A stretch of 62,754 bases of DNA. It comes from a virus. Taxonomy: Duplodnaviria > Caudoviricetes. Position 1 is the first letter of the stretch. Each line of letters begins with the position of its first letter. The notes under the pieces are model-generated. The model did not search any database and had not been told where the DNA came from. It worked only from the letters and a program-made list of their open reading frames with translations. Shown one piece after another: positions 49,301-58,500 of this stretch. The stretch spans positions 1-62,754 of the IMG/VR virus record IMGVR_UViG_3300027797_000029; one strand, written 5' to 3'. The position numbers and the translations under genes are program-made.

Positions 49301-50038
49301 CCAACCGGTTCTATCACAGCTCGTGCAGCTCCGTTTGGCGCCAATTCGATCAGAAGCGACGTCAACTACTTATTTGTAACAAACTCTGATTATGCAAGTT
49401 ATCAAACAAGCGGCTTGGCTGTGGGCGATTTCTTGTCAGGCACTAATGTGCCCACTTCGGGCAATCAGATTCAATTCATTGGGGCAAGCGGCAGTTACTA
49501 TTATATACAAATCAGCAGCAGATTCACTGGCAACACCGCTGGAGACACCACACTGACTGTGACTAGACGTTACAATGTTACCAATACATCTGTGTTGTTC
49601 TTCAGTGCAGCAGAGTGGTCTGCTACAACTGCCACAATTGGTACACAGGTGTACTCAACTGACAACAATTACCCAGCTGGTACCAATGTGAACGGTGTGA
49701 CCAATCCCACATACTTTGGCACTAATTACTACAGAGTAACATTTACACAGAATTTAAACAACGGTGTAACTATTATTCCTGGCACAACACAAGTTACATT
49801 TGGCTTTGGACAACCACCATATGCATTGCCCGGTGAAACTGTGTTTTCATTCATTGCAACATCTGGAGCACTGAGTAATTTGGACCTGAGTCAGTTGAAA
49901 GAATTGACCAATACTACTATTGGTGGCCGAGGTACGTATCCAAACGGTCCAGATGTGTTGGCCATTAACATTTATAAAACAGCTGGCTCAGCTGTTACAT
50001 CCAACGTGGTGCTGCGTTGGGGTGAAGCGCAGGCGTAA
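46349..50038 (+). CDS. large virion structural/baseplate-associated protein
   Basis: SMLDADFEYGLQPTKW, HRPFDGGV, WYGAG; repeated HGL..GQ.V modules. Confidence 0.75.
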   Translation: MAKQLLRTYVFTPGGAGAGTIILPGNYTLNQLLLITNTTSNVIIYNFANVGNTGTTATFTRAAHPSFPGQLGNSDGYTTITLAVATTAMNATDNLQIFVDTPYQLVKMAVAGTDAWERTRMSQPQSMLDADFEYGLQPTKWQQLSLLNNYPSIYEISGSDMAITTVTTDASVGAGGVGASLITVNTLAVHGLVAGQPVTVKGYLNTILGFSRAEGSFFVNTVPTPTSFTYYAKSKTGVNSGDVISAAYTIVRKGGLYTGSSIGVPTFSVSNASSPSTITVTFATFHGLVAGQTILTAITSTGSNHGFAQGPFFVETVVSLNTITYTARSAGTIDTGTAMNGAVYARPDAFYIHRPFDGGVMLGTGGPQYGLQAIRMSKKYIRYQSGKAINYNTGLLLAPSYDIRSLVASPALTYGVITGCAGSGTTITVGSTAGLVTGQSVVVTSGVGVFARGTTITGVSAGTITISAAPTVALVNASVTYSATITVSTDDTDHGFQPGAYIQISGVTSSGYNGFYNVASITDERTFTLAATGVLGHTTALFGDPCQVSLIAWYGSTVRAGTFDEQNGQYWQYDGTTIGVGYRSSTFQLAGTLSVTPDSNTVTGTNTRFSTQVAAGDRIVIKGMTHKISNVVSDTLMYVTPDYRGVSSQSGVKAAKTIDFLHPQNTWNLDRCDGTNSVFNPSGFLFNPNKMQMVGIQWTWYGAGFIDWMLRGPEGNYITVHRVKHSNVNTEAYMRSGNMPVRYEVINEGPRTVLSAPCTSNDTVLSVGDTSLFPPAGVLNQEGEIIQYTGKTLTSFTGCTRGTNYSVFASGLNRTFQGTTGSGQPTGTGLYLLTQTATPNISHWGSAFITDGGFDQDRGYLFNYVGTNISVSSTIQTAFLLRLAPSVSNATVGDLGDRELLNRAQLLLQNIDCAVDSGATGGIVIQGILNPSNYPTNPSNIQWTGLSTQAAGGQPSFSQIAPGGSVTWSTGATVVGTAITTQAFPTGSITARAAPFGANSIRSDVNYLFVTNSDYASYQTSGLAVGDFLSGTNVPTSGNQIQFIGASGSYYYIQISSRFTGNTAGDTTLTVTRRYNVTNTSVLFFSAAEWSATTATIGTQVYSTDNNYPAGTNVNGVTNPTYFGTNYYRVTFTQNLNNGVTIIPGTTQVTFGFGQPPYALPGETVFSFIATSGALSNLDLSQLKELTNTTIGGRGTYPNGPDVLAINIYKTAGSAVTSNVVLRWGEAQA

Positions 50039-50043
50039 TCAAC

Positions 50044-50068
50044 AAAAAGCCGCTGTATGCGGCTTTTT
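50044..50068. terminator. bidirectional terminator
   Basis: AAAAAGCCGC-TGTAT-GCGGCTTTTT between convergent genes. Confidence 0.9.
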
Positions 50069-50070
50069 TG

Positions 50071-50520
50071 TTAGATCAAATCCACTAGATCAAACACAGT
50101 TTGTAGTTTGGTGCGAATAATTTTATTTGAAAAACTATTGCGTAGGCCCTGATGCAAGGGCTTAGGAGCACGATCCACTGTGGTCCATGCCCATCCTTGA
50201 TGCTCGTCGCTCAACAAGGGCACAAATTCATTGTCTATCACACACAGGTATGTGTGGAAATTGAACACTCTATCATTGCTCACAAAGGTTTCTAAAGGAA
50301 TTGTTTTGATGATAGCGGGCACTGTGCCTATTTCTTCAGTTATTTCCCGCTGTAGACCTTGCCACGGAGTTTCTCCAGCAATGTTAGTGCCACCTACGAG
50401 GCCCCAAGTGCCTTCGTGTTTGCCATGTGCTTTTTGTAACAGTAAAAATCGTCGTGTGGCCTTGGCATAAAACAATGCACCACTGCAAACTATTGATTCT
50501 TTTACAACACTATTTTCCAC
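50071..50520 (-). CDS. Nudix hydrolase
   Basis: Intact Nudix box GTNIAGETPWQGLQREITEEIG. Confidence 0.9.
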   Translation of the reverse strand: MENSVVKESIVCSGALFYAKATRRFLLLQKAHGKHEGTWGLVGGTNIAGETPWQGLQREITEEIGTVPAIIKTIPLETFVSNDRVFNFHTYLCVIDNEFVPLLSDEHQGWAWTTVDRAPKPLHQGLRNSFSNKIIRTKLQTVFDLVDLI

Positions 50521-52004
50521 TGTTTGGCCTCGTATATACCTTCAAAGCTCTTGACCCATGAAACTCCGTTCCATGCATACTGAACTCCAGTGTATATATT
50601 CGTTTGCCACACCATGGTGTCTGGATACTGACTGTGATCAAATATTATATGCCATGCAGTTCCTGTCCATTCTATGATATTATTGGCCTTTGCCACCAGT
50701 GCGCCCCATGCTTGTGCCGGAGTCACATTAGTGATATCTCCTATATCTTCTATAATCAAAAATCTTTTACCAACAACAATGGGTTGGTCAGTTATTTCTG
50801 TACCCAGTGGTCGATAAGGGTTATATGTTAGTGGATTAACAATTGCATCAAATGTACCAGGACTGTTGGGACGATAGCTGGTGCTGGCATTGTAATTAAC
50901 TGAGCCAGTGCCTGCAATAAACTTGTTGGATCCTTCTAAAATACCGTTACTATCAATGCCAGTATTTGTGGTCAGTGTATCCCCATTCCAGTTCACACTC
51001 AACACTGTTTGGTCCAGCGCACTGATAGCAACAGTGCCCACAACATAACTACCATTGGGCTGAGCAAGAAAAATCATGCTGCTACCAGCAATGTATCGAC
51101 CACCACTTGTGGAAAACACAGTGTCCCAATTAATTGGAGTTCCTTGTCTAACAGGCATGTCCAGTGTGGGCTCTCTTGGGATCACACTTTCGCTAGCACT
51201 TAACAATATCACAGTGGAGCCGTACACTTCAATTCTGTAATCGTCAATGGTTGCACTTAAATCAAATAAACTTCCACTGGTTACAGAAGTTGATCCCATG
51301 GGATCAGTGCCTAAACCATCAATATAAGTGCCGCTGGTTGTTGCGTTACCAGCCACGCTGGCAACAATTTTTGTAACAACACCAAGGTGTTTTACCTTGA
51401 CTGGCGGACTGATCCATATAGGTGTGTCCAATGTGAGTGTTCCAACTTCGATGGGAGTTTCTGCCCCAATTGGAACAGTTTGACTGGACCAACTAATGTC
51501 ATTTAAATTTAACACACTTAAACTGGTCCAGTCTATGTAGTTGTCAGACGTTTGTATTTCCAAACTGGGATTGAACAACACCAATATCTGTTCCATGATT
51601 TGAAGTTTTTGTTCAGTATTGGCACTCCAGATGTCCACTTTCAGCGTTAATTTAAATGGAGTTGGCATCAAACGTTCAATGGTGTAATTTCGGCCTTGTC
51701 CAGTGGTGTATGTGTCGTTGGCAACATCTCGTTCTCGAATGTTTACCTTGCTGATATATGACGAATCTGAAAGCCTATCCCTATCCAGCGCAAGTGCAGA
51801 CACATACACTGCAATCCTTGGAACGCTGTTGACTTTGTTTTCTGAATTTTGACGAATGATACTGGCTGCTTGTCTATCTGTATTGCCATACATCACTGGT
51901 ATGCGCACCAGTGTGCCGTCGCCGTATTTGACCACAAAATTGCTGAACACACGTATCACTTGTGTGATGTAACGTCTTATTTGCCCATCGTAGAAGAACT
52001 CGAT
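50502..52004 (-). CDS. gp15: tail terminator/sheath stabilizer (T4 gp15 family) with C-terminal extension; probable ATC start at 52004
   Basis: (I)EFFYDGQIRRY...VPRIAVY...MPTPF...QKLQIMEQILVLFNP. The ORF-track GTG at 51959 truncates the FFYD..IRRY N-terminus. Confidence 0.75.
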   Translation of the reverse strand: MEFFYDGQIRRYITQVIRVFSNFVVKYGDGTLVRIPVMYGNTDRQAASIIRQNSENKVNSVPRIAVYVSALALDRDRLSDSSYISKVNIRERDVANDTYTTGQGRNYTIERLMPTPFKLTLKVDIWSANTEQKLQIMEQILVLFNPSLEIQTSDNYIDWTSLSVLNLNDISWSSQTVPIGAETPIEVGTLTLDTPIWISPPVKVKHLGVVTKIVASVAGNATTSGTYIDGLGTDPMGSTSVTSGSLFDLSATIDDYRIEVYGSTVILLSASESVIPREPTLDMPVRQGTPINWDTVFSTSGGRYIAGSSMIFLAQPNGSYVVGTVAISALDQTVLSVNWNGDTLTTNTGIDSNGILEGSNKFIAGTGSVNYNASTSYRPNSPGTFDAIVNPLTYNPYRPLGTEITDQPIVVGKRFLIIEDIGDITNVTPAQAWGALVAKANNIIEWTGTAWHIIFDHSQYPDTMVWQTNIYTGVQYAWNGVSWVKSFEGIYEAKQWKIVL

Positions 52005-52019
52005 TTTAGTACAACGGCG

Positions 52020-52154
52020 TTAAACCGAAGCCTCCTTGATATACCAGACTCGCTTTCCGTCTATTAATTTCCATGACTTCGTACCTTTATTTTGTATAGT
52101 TTGTCCTATGTAAGATCGATTAGATTCCAAATGGGTAAATTTATAGATATGCAT
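52020..52154 (-). pseudogene. internally deleted GIY-YIG homing endonuclease remnant (44 aa)
   Basis: MHIYKFTHLESNRSYIGQTIQ-NKGTKSWKLIDGKRVWYIKEASV*; in frame with gp15. Confidence 0.75.
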
Positions 52155-53611
52155 TATAAATCTGCCCTGGGTTTTAATGCCTTACTCAGACTTTGTTTCT
52201 GAGCGTCTCTAGTGTTGTATAAAGTAATGATCCATTGTCCATCATACGGTATTGACTGTTGCACAGCATTGATTACTGGCAAATTGATCTTTTTGGCTAA
52301 TTTTTGTACACCAGTTATTTTGTCAGTGTACTGATATGTTGTGAACAATTCAGGATATCGAACAACTTCGTATTCTAATATTTGCAATTCAAATTTGATC
52401 ACAACATAATTTGCTGTTATTGTGTTACTAATTGATGTGTTGATTACCACGTCACCCTCGGATAGATTTATATAATCGGTGATCACTGCATCGTTGTAGG
52501 TGTAAGCAGTGTTGTTGATAAATCCTGTTTTCTGGGTGTTTCTAGTGTTGTTATTGGTCATGTTCATTCTGATAGAATCTTCAACAGCAATCCATGCACT
52601 TATTACCCCGTCGAATCTATACAATCTGTTGGGGAGATAATCTGTACGCAAAAAGAAATCGTCTGCTGCTGGGTTAGCGGGAAATTGTATACCATGCCCA
52701 AACTCATATCCATTGACCGGCGAACCGTCGCTTAACAAATAACCCGTATAACCACTACGCTGAGGCACAGAACTTGCTGTGCTGGCCAACACACTGCTGC
52801 CACCACTGCTGGCTAACAAATCAGTTGCGTCTGCTGTTTTTAACAAAGAATTACCCGTGTTTGGATCAGCAGCCAGGGTGTAAAATTGTCTAGTTTCGTA
52901 ACCACTTTTTGGTGCATCGATCTCTGCTTGTGCCACAATTTGATCATTGATTTCCAACTCTCGATTATGCATGCTGAGTAAATCTCTCAGAGTGGTGTTT
53001 GCTATGGGATCTCCGTTGGCATCTTTTGCTGGTTGATCAAATATCTGTGAAAATTGTTGACTGTCTGTGACTTTCTTTATTTTTAATCTATACAAGTGCG
53101 GAAACCAAGTTACACTGAAACCTTCACTTGCACGACCCACATCTTCAATAACATAGTATCTAGGCAAACTAACATCAAAATCATTAAGAGCGAAATCGTC
53201 ACGCAAATGCGGTAATTCTATCACATCTCCACTGATGGGTTTACGACCTATGTATTTGATAAAATCATTTATATGTACGGTCATGTACAAGGTATCGTTG
53301 TCAATAAACAGGCCAAACTGGCTTAGATTAAAGTCAATGTTTTGCACATTGTAAAGGCCACGAATTCTGTATATTTGTGTGTCGTATGTGCGATCTCTAT
53401 TCTCCAAAAACAACAGATCTTGTATGTTTGTTTCTTTTGTGGTGGCATAATGCGGCTGATCAGCTGTGGCATTTGCTTCGTCGGTATTTGTACCCAGATA
53501 CTTGTGCAAGTATACATCGGTTCCGCCCGCCTGAAACATCTCAGATATGTTGCGGTCTATGAACCGATAATCTCGGCCTTTTTCTGGTTTATATAAAGAT
53601 AGTCTTGGCAT
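52154..53611 (-). CDS. gp14: neck protein (T4 gp14 family) with extension
   Basis: GGTDVYLHKY, FNLSQFGLF, GDVIELPHL; next to gp13 and gp15. Confidence 0.7.
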   Translation of the reverse strand: MPRLSLYKPEKGRDYRFIDRNISEMFQAGGTDVYLHKYLGTNTDEANATADQPHYATTKETNIQDLLFLENRDRTYDTQIYRIRGLYNVQNIDFNLSQFGLFIDNDTLYMTVHINDFIKYIGRKPISGDVIELPHLRDDFALNDFDVSLPRYYVIEDVGRASEGFSVTWFPHLYRLKIKKVTDSQQFSQIFDQPAKDANGDPIANTTLRDLLSMHNRELEINDQIVAQAEIDAPKSGYETRQFYTLAADPNTGNSLLKTADATDLLASSGGSSVLASTASSVPQRSGYTGYLLSDGSPVNGYEFGHGIQFPANPAADDFFLRTDYLPNRLYRFDGVISAWIAVEDSIRMNMTNNNTRNTQKTGFINNTAYTYNDAVITDYINLSEGDVVINTSISNTITANYVVIKFELQILEYEVVRYPELFTTYQYTDKITGVQKLAKKINLPVINAVQQSIPYDGQWIITLYNTRDAQKQSLSKALKPRADL

Positions 53612-53616
53612 GATTG

Positions 53617-53648
53617 TATTTATGGTAAGACACTCTTAGCGATAAATA
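53617..53648. promoter_or_regulatory. back-to-back late promoters
   Basis: TAAATA on minus 53617-53622 and on plus 53643-53648. Confidence 0.75.
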
Positions 53649-53666
53649 CCATAGGAGAACATTATA

Positions 53667-54455
53667 ATGGCAGATAACGTACCATCAACAACTCAGTCAA
53701 ATTCTACGGTAGAACGCAATAAAGTATTTGAGTTTATCAAACTCATGCTAGGCGATGGTATGATTGATGTGGAACTGGATCCAGCTCACATGGAGTTGGC
53801 CCTGGAGCGAGCATTGACTCACTACCGTCAACGTAGCAGCAATGCTGTGGAAGAAAGTTATTTGTTTTTAGAACTGATACAGGATCAAAACGAATACAGA
53901 TTACCCGATGAAGTTATTGGTGTTAGAGAAGTATTTCGCAGAGCAATTGGATCTCGTACTGGACTTGGCGCCGGCGGCACACTGTTTGAACCGTTCAACT
54001 TGGCTTACACAAATACCTATTTGATGTCAGGCAGCATGATGGGTGGACTGGCAACATACGATGCATTTGCTGGCTATCAAAAACTGGTTGGCCGTATGTT
54101 TGGTAGCTATATCGAATACAACTGGAAACCCACCAGCCACACTCTGGATATTTTACAACGTCCGTTTGCACAAGGCGAACAAATTCTCATCAGAAGTTAC
54201 AACTTTAGACCAGACTGGGTATTGTTACAGGATATCTATGCCAAACAATGGCTGAGAAATTACTCACTTGCAGTGTGCAAGCAAATACTGGGTCAAGCAC
54301 GCTCTAAGTTTGGTTCAATTGCGGGCCCTGGTAGCCCAATTACTCTGAACGGTACTGCATTAATTTCTGAAGCCAAAGAAGAAATGGAAAAGTTAGATAA
54401 AGAAGTACAAGATCTAACAGCAGGCGGCTTTGGAATGACATTTGTAATTGGCTAA
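53667..54455 (+). CDS. gp13: neck protein (T4 gp13 family)
   Basis: LGDGMIDVELD, WLRNYSLA..KQILGQARSKF..I.GPG...LNG..L..EA. Confidence 0.85.
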   Translation: MADNVPSTTQSNSTVERNKVFEFIKLMLGDGMIDVELDPAHMELALERALTHYRQRSSNAVEESYLFLELIQDQNEYRLPDEVIGVREVFRRAIGSRTGLGAGGTLFEPFNLAYTNTYLMSGSMMGGLATYDAFAGYQKLVGRMFGSYIEYNWKPTSHTLDILQRPFAQGEQILIRSYNFRPDWVLLQDIYAKQWLRNYSLAVCKQILGQARSKFGSIAGPGSPITLNGTALISEAKEEMEKLDKEVQDLTAGGFGMTFVIG

Positions 54456-54462
54456 AAAACTC

Positions 54463-54491
54463 TTGACCTTGCAATAAAACTGTTATATAAT
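54463..54491 (+). promoter_or_regulatory. sigma70-type promoter
   Basis: TTGACC-17 nt-TATAAT, then GGAGG SD. Confidence 0.8.
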
Positions 54492-54511
54492 AGCACATCA
54501 ACGGAGGTGCT

Positions 54512-55144
54512 ATGATTATAGGCGTATGCGGTTTTATTGGCTCTGGCAAAGACACAGTTGCTGATTATCTCACTAACTTCCACGGTTTTAGACGTGAGTC
54601 GTTTGCCAACAGTTTAAAAGATGCTGTGAGTATGGTGTTTGGCTGGGACAGAACCATGCTGGAAGGCCGCACAAAACAAGCCCGTGAATGGCGTGAACAA
54701 GTGGATCCGTGGTGGGCCAACCGCTTGAACATGCCTAATCTTACGCCACGCTGGATTCTGCAATATTGGGGCACTGAAGTTTGCCGCCAAGGGTTTCACG
54801 ATGACATGTGGATTGCTAGCCTGGAAAACAAACTACGCACCAGCACTGACAACGTTGTTATATCAGACTGTCGTTTCCCCAACGAAATTAAAAGTATCAA
54901 ACAAGCAGGCGGCATTATTGTGTGTGTGAAACGTGGCATTCAACCACACTGGTTGGACATTGCTATGCAGGCAAATCGCGGCAGTGGCAATGCTCAAGAC
55001 TGGTTAAAGAATGAAAAAATTCATGCCAGTGAAACTGCATGGGTGGGCACCAATTTCGATGATGTGCTGGATAACGATGGCACTATAGATGACTTGTTTG
55101 CACAGGTTAAAAATCTGGTCGAAGATCGCCTTGTTTCCACTTAA
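54512..55144 (+). CDS. gp1: deoxynucleoside monophosphate kinase (T4 gp1 family)
   Basis: GFIGSGKDT P-loop, SFANSLKD, TPRWILQYWGTE, DCRFPNE, HASE. Confidence 0.92.
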   Translation: MIIGVCGFIGSGKDTVADYLTNFHGFRRESFANSLKDAVSMVFGWDRTMLEGRTKQAREWREQVDPWWANRLNMPNLTPRWILQYWGTEVCRQGFHDDMWIASLENKLRTSTDNVVISDCRFPNEIKSIKQAGGIIVCVKRGIQPHWLDIAMQANRGSGNAQDWLKNEKIHASETAWVGTNFDDVLDNDGTIDDLFAQVKNLVEDRLVST

Positions 55145-55442
55145 CGCCTTCTTTGTGAAGTACCTTGGCACAGTTAGAACAAACTGTTTTTAAGTTGGCC
55201 GGTCTGCAATTATTAAGTTCGCCGTCAACGTGAAACACACTGAACACTTCCTGATGCGGACTTTTAAAGCCACACTTGTCACATTGATGTTTTAATCGGT
55301 ACCCCGATCGATACCATCTGGGTATGCTGGCATTTATGCCGCCTTTGAGGCATGCCTCGCATAATCTCCTGTAATATGTTTTGCCGTTCTTAATATAGTT
55401 AACAGCTGCGGGTCTGTGTCCGCATGTGCAAAGTGGTCTCAT
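55107..55442 (-). CDS. zinc-binding HNH-like endonuclease
   Basis: CTC, CEAC, CDKC, FHVDGELNN...NLKTVCSNC. Confidence 0.75.
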   Translation of the reverse strand: MRPLCTCGHRPAAVNYIKNGKTYYRRLCEACLKGGINASIPRWYRSGYRLKHQCDKCGFKSPHQEVFSVFHVDGELNNCRPANLKTVCSNCAKVLHKEGVKWKQGDLRPDF

Positions 55443-55545
55443 ACTTTATTTACACCTTTTCAATCCCTTTCCGTGGGCTTATATTAGGTATAAAAAACCA
55501 AAAACTACTAAATACATTAAGAACATGTACACATGGAGATAAAAT

Positions 55546-58500
55546 ATGGCACAACTAAGTTCACCAGGCGTTAGCGTAAGCGTAATAGACGAAAGTTTTT
55601 ATACACCGGCAGCACCTGGCACCGTACCCTTAATAATTATAGCGTCTGAACAAGACAAATTAAATGCTGCCGGAACTGGTATTGCTCCAGGTACTACAGC
55701 AGCAAATGCTGGCAAAGTTTGGTTGCTCACAAGTCAGATGGATCTTGGAAATACATTTGGTATTCCTTACTTTCAAACTGATGCAGAAGGCAATCCAGTT
55801 AATGCTGGCGAACTTAACGAATATGGATTGCAAGCAGCTTACAGTTTCTTGGGTGTGAGCAATCGTGCTTATGTGGTACGTGCAAATGTGGATACAAAAC
55901 AACTGATCGGTACAACAAACAGCCCATCAGGCGAGCCAGCAGACGGAACTGTTTGGTTGGATACCGCAGAAAGCAAGTTTGGTATTTTTGAGTGGAATGC
56001 CAATTCTGCCACAACTACCGGCGGCCAAACATTCACATCACAAGCAGTGACAGTTATCACCAACACAAGTTTGTTGATAGGTGGCACAGCAGGTAATGCA
56101 CCATTGGCCAGCTTTGGTACAACTGGTACATATGCTCTAGTGGCAACTTCCACACTGAACAAATTATACTACAAGAAAGGCGCCACAGACGGTGTATTGG
56201 CCGCTGGCACTTGGGTTGCAGTTGGATCACAACAATGGACAGCTAGCCGCCCAACAGCTATCAGCACAGTAGCTAGCCCAGTGCTAACAGCCACTGGTGT
56301 TTCAGCAGCCAGTGCTATTATTGGTGACGGCGCAGCTGTTGCTGGCAGTGGTGTGATAATGACAGTGAATGGCACTGTTTCAGGCGGCACTTTGGCTGTG
56401 GGACAAGTGTTGTCTGGCGGCACAATTGTTGCTGGTACAGAAATCACAGCAGTCAACACAGTGACCATTACAGCTACCATCACCACAACAACATTGACAG
56501 TTAGTGCAGTATCAAATGGCACAATTACAGTTGGTATGGCATTGAGTGGCGGTTCAGTTACTGCTGGCACTTACATTGTTGCGTTTGTGTCAGGCACAAA
56601 CGGCGGCCAGGGCGTGTACACATTGAATCAAAGTGCATCAGGTTCACCAACAACAGGTACAAGTTACACAGTTAGTACAAGCCAATTGGTAGCAACCACA
56701 ACAGTTACTACTGGTGGCAGTGTACTGACTATCAGCAACGGCACCAGCACAGTTAATGTGTCGGGTGTTGCCACAGTGGCAGCATTGGCCGCAGCCATTA
56801 ACGGCGGTGGCGGTGTATTGTTTGGTGTTACCGCAGGAGCTGCTGGCAATATATTAAACATCTATTCAACAGGTGCAAGTGTAACACTAAGTGGCACAGC
56901 TGCAACCGCATTGGGATTCTCAACAAGTCCTTATTTGGCTCCTACGTTTTCAGCAAGCCAGCACTACAATGTTCCAACATTTGGTACTGCAGACAACACA
57001 AGCACAGCCAACGGTTATCCCACAGGCAGTGTGTGGTGCAAAACTACAAATGTCAACAATGGTGCAAACTGGGTGCTTAAACAATACAGTACAGACACAT
57101 CTGCTTGGGTCTTGAAGCCAGTTAGTTTGTTGCCAAATAACGGAACAGCGTTGGCAACATTGGATCCAACTGGCGGCGGTATTAATCTTTCAGCCAGTGC
57201 TGCATATGTGAAATTCAATGATGGTGGGTTTACTACCAACAGTTTGGCAGATTTCAAAATTTATTATCGCACAGCAGCCGGCGTAACAAAAATTACAAGT
57301 AGTCCAGTTGGCAACAGCACATTTACAAATGCTGCCGCGTATAGTTTCACAATTTCAGAAACTTCGTTAACACCTGGCACTGTTGATGCTGACGGTTACG
57401 CCAGCTACTTGACAACACCAGTGACTGTGGCATTTACCGGTACTGGAAATAGTCAATCAGATGCAAACAATTTGGTTGCAGCATTGCAAGCAGCATTGGT
57501 TGGCAGTGTGGTATCTGCAGAAGTTAACAGTGATTTTTCAATCACTATCACTCACCAACGCGGCGGTGACATTGTGTTTGTGGACGGTTCAGGAGCAGCT
57601 GCCACACTAAGCAAGTTGTTCACAGCTGGTTCGACACTGAACTATTATTCAAATCCGTCTGGCATAGGTACAATGGCGTCATTATGGGGCACAATGGTTG
57701 GTAATTCAGCATATGCTACACCAAGTGCAACTCCACTGACCACAACTCCTTTAGACGGTGCATTGTGGTATGACAGCTACCTAAATGATGTGGACATCAT
57801 GGTGTGCAATGGTTCACGCTGGGTAGGCTATCGCAGTGTAGATACCACAGTGGGTAGTGCTGTTATCAAAGGCGGCAAATCAATTAATAATCCATTCGGC
57901 ACACAGGGTGATACAGATCCTAACGGTCCTATCATTAGCGCAAGTATGCCTAAAACACAAAGTACTGGCACAACATTGGCCAACGGTGATTTGTGGATCT
58001 ACACAGGCGACACTGAAAATTATCCTATCATTTACAAGTGGGATTTTGCAAACAAGAAGTGGGTATTGATTGACAACACAGATCAAGTGACCAGTGCTGG
58101 TATTGTGTTCGGTGATGCACGTTGGAGTGATCAAAGCACCAACGGTAACTTGGGTTCACCATTTGAAGGCACCGGCGCTCCTGACACAATCGTCAGTTTG
58201 CTTGCCAGTAACTTCTTAGATGGTGATGCTCCAGATCCTGCATTGTATCCAAAAGGAACATTGTTATGGAACACACGCCGTAGTGGTTACAATGTTAAGA
58301 GATATGAAGTTGGATATGTTGACACAACAGAACAAAATCCACGCATGGGCAATGCTGCACAAACTTACTATTATCCAGATCGTTGGGTAACAGCAGCTCC
58401 AAATGACACATTTGGTGTTGGACAATTTGGCCGCAAAGCACAACGTGCTGTGGTGTTGCAAGCGATTCAAGCCACAATACAAAGCAATCAAGGCATTCGT

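Noticed and set aside
52020-52154. Self-splicing intron in gp15
   Set aside because: Only ~150 nt, nearly all coding remnant; no room for a ribozyme core.
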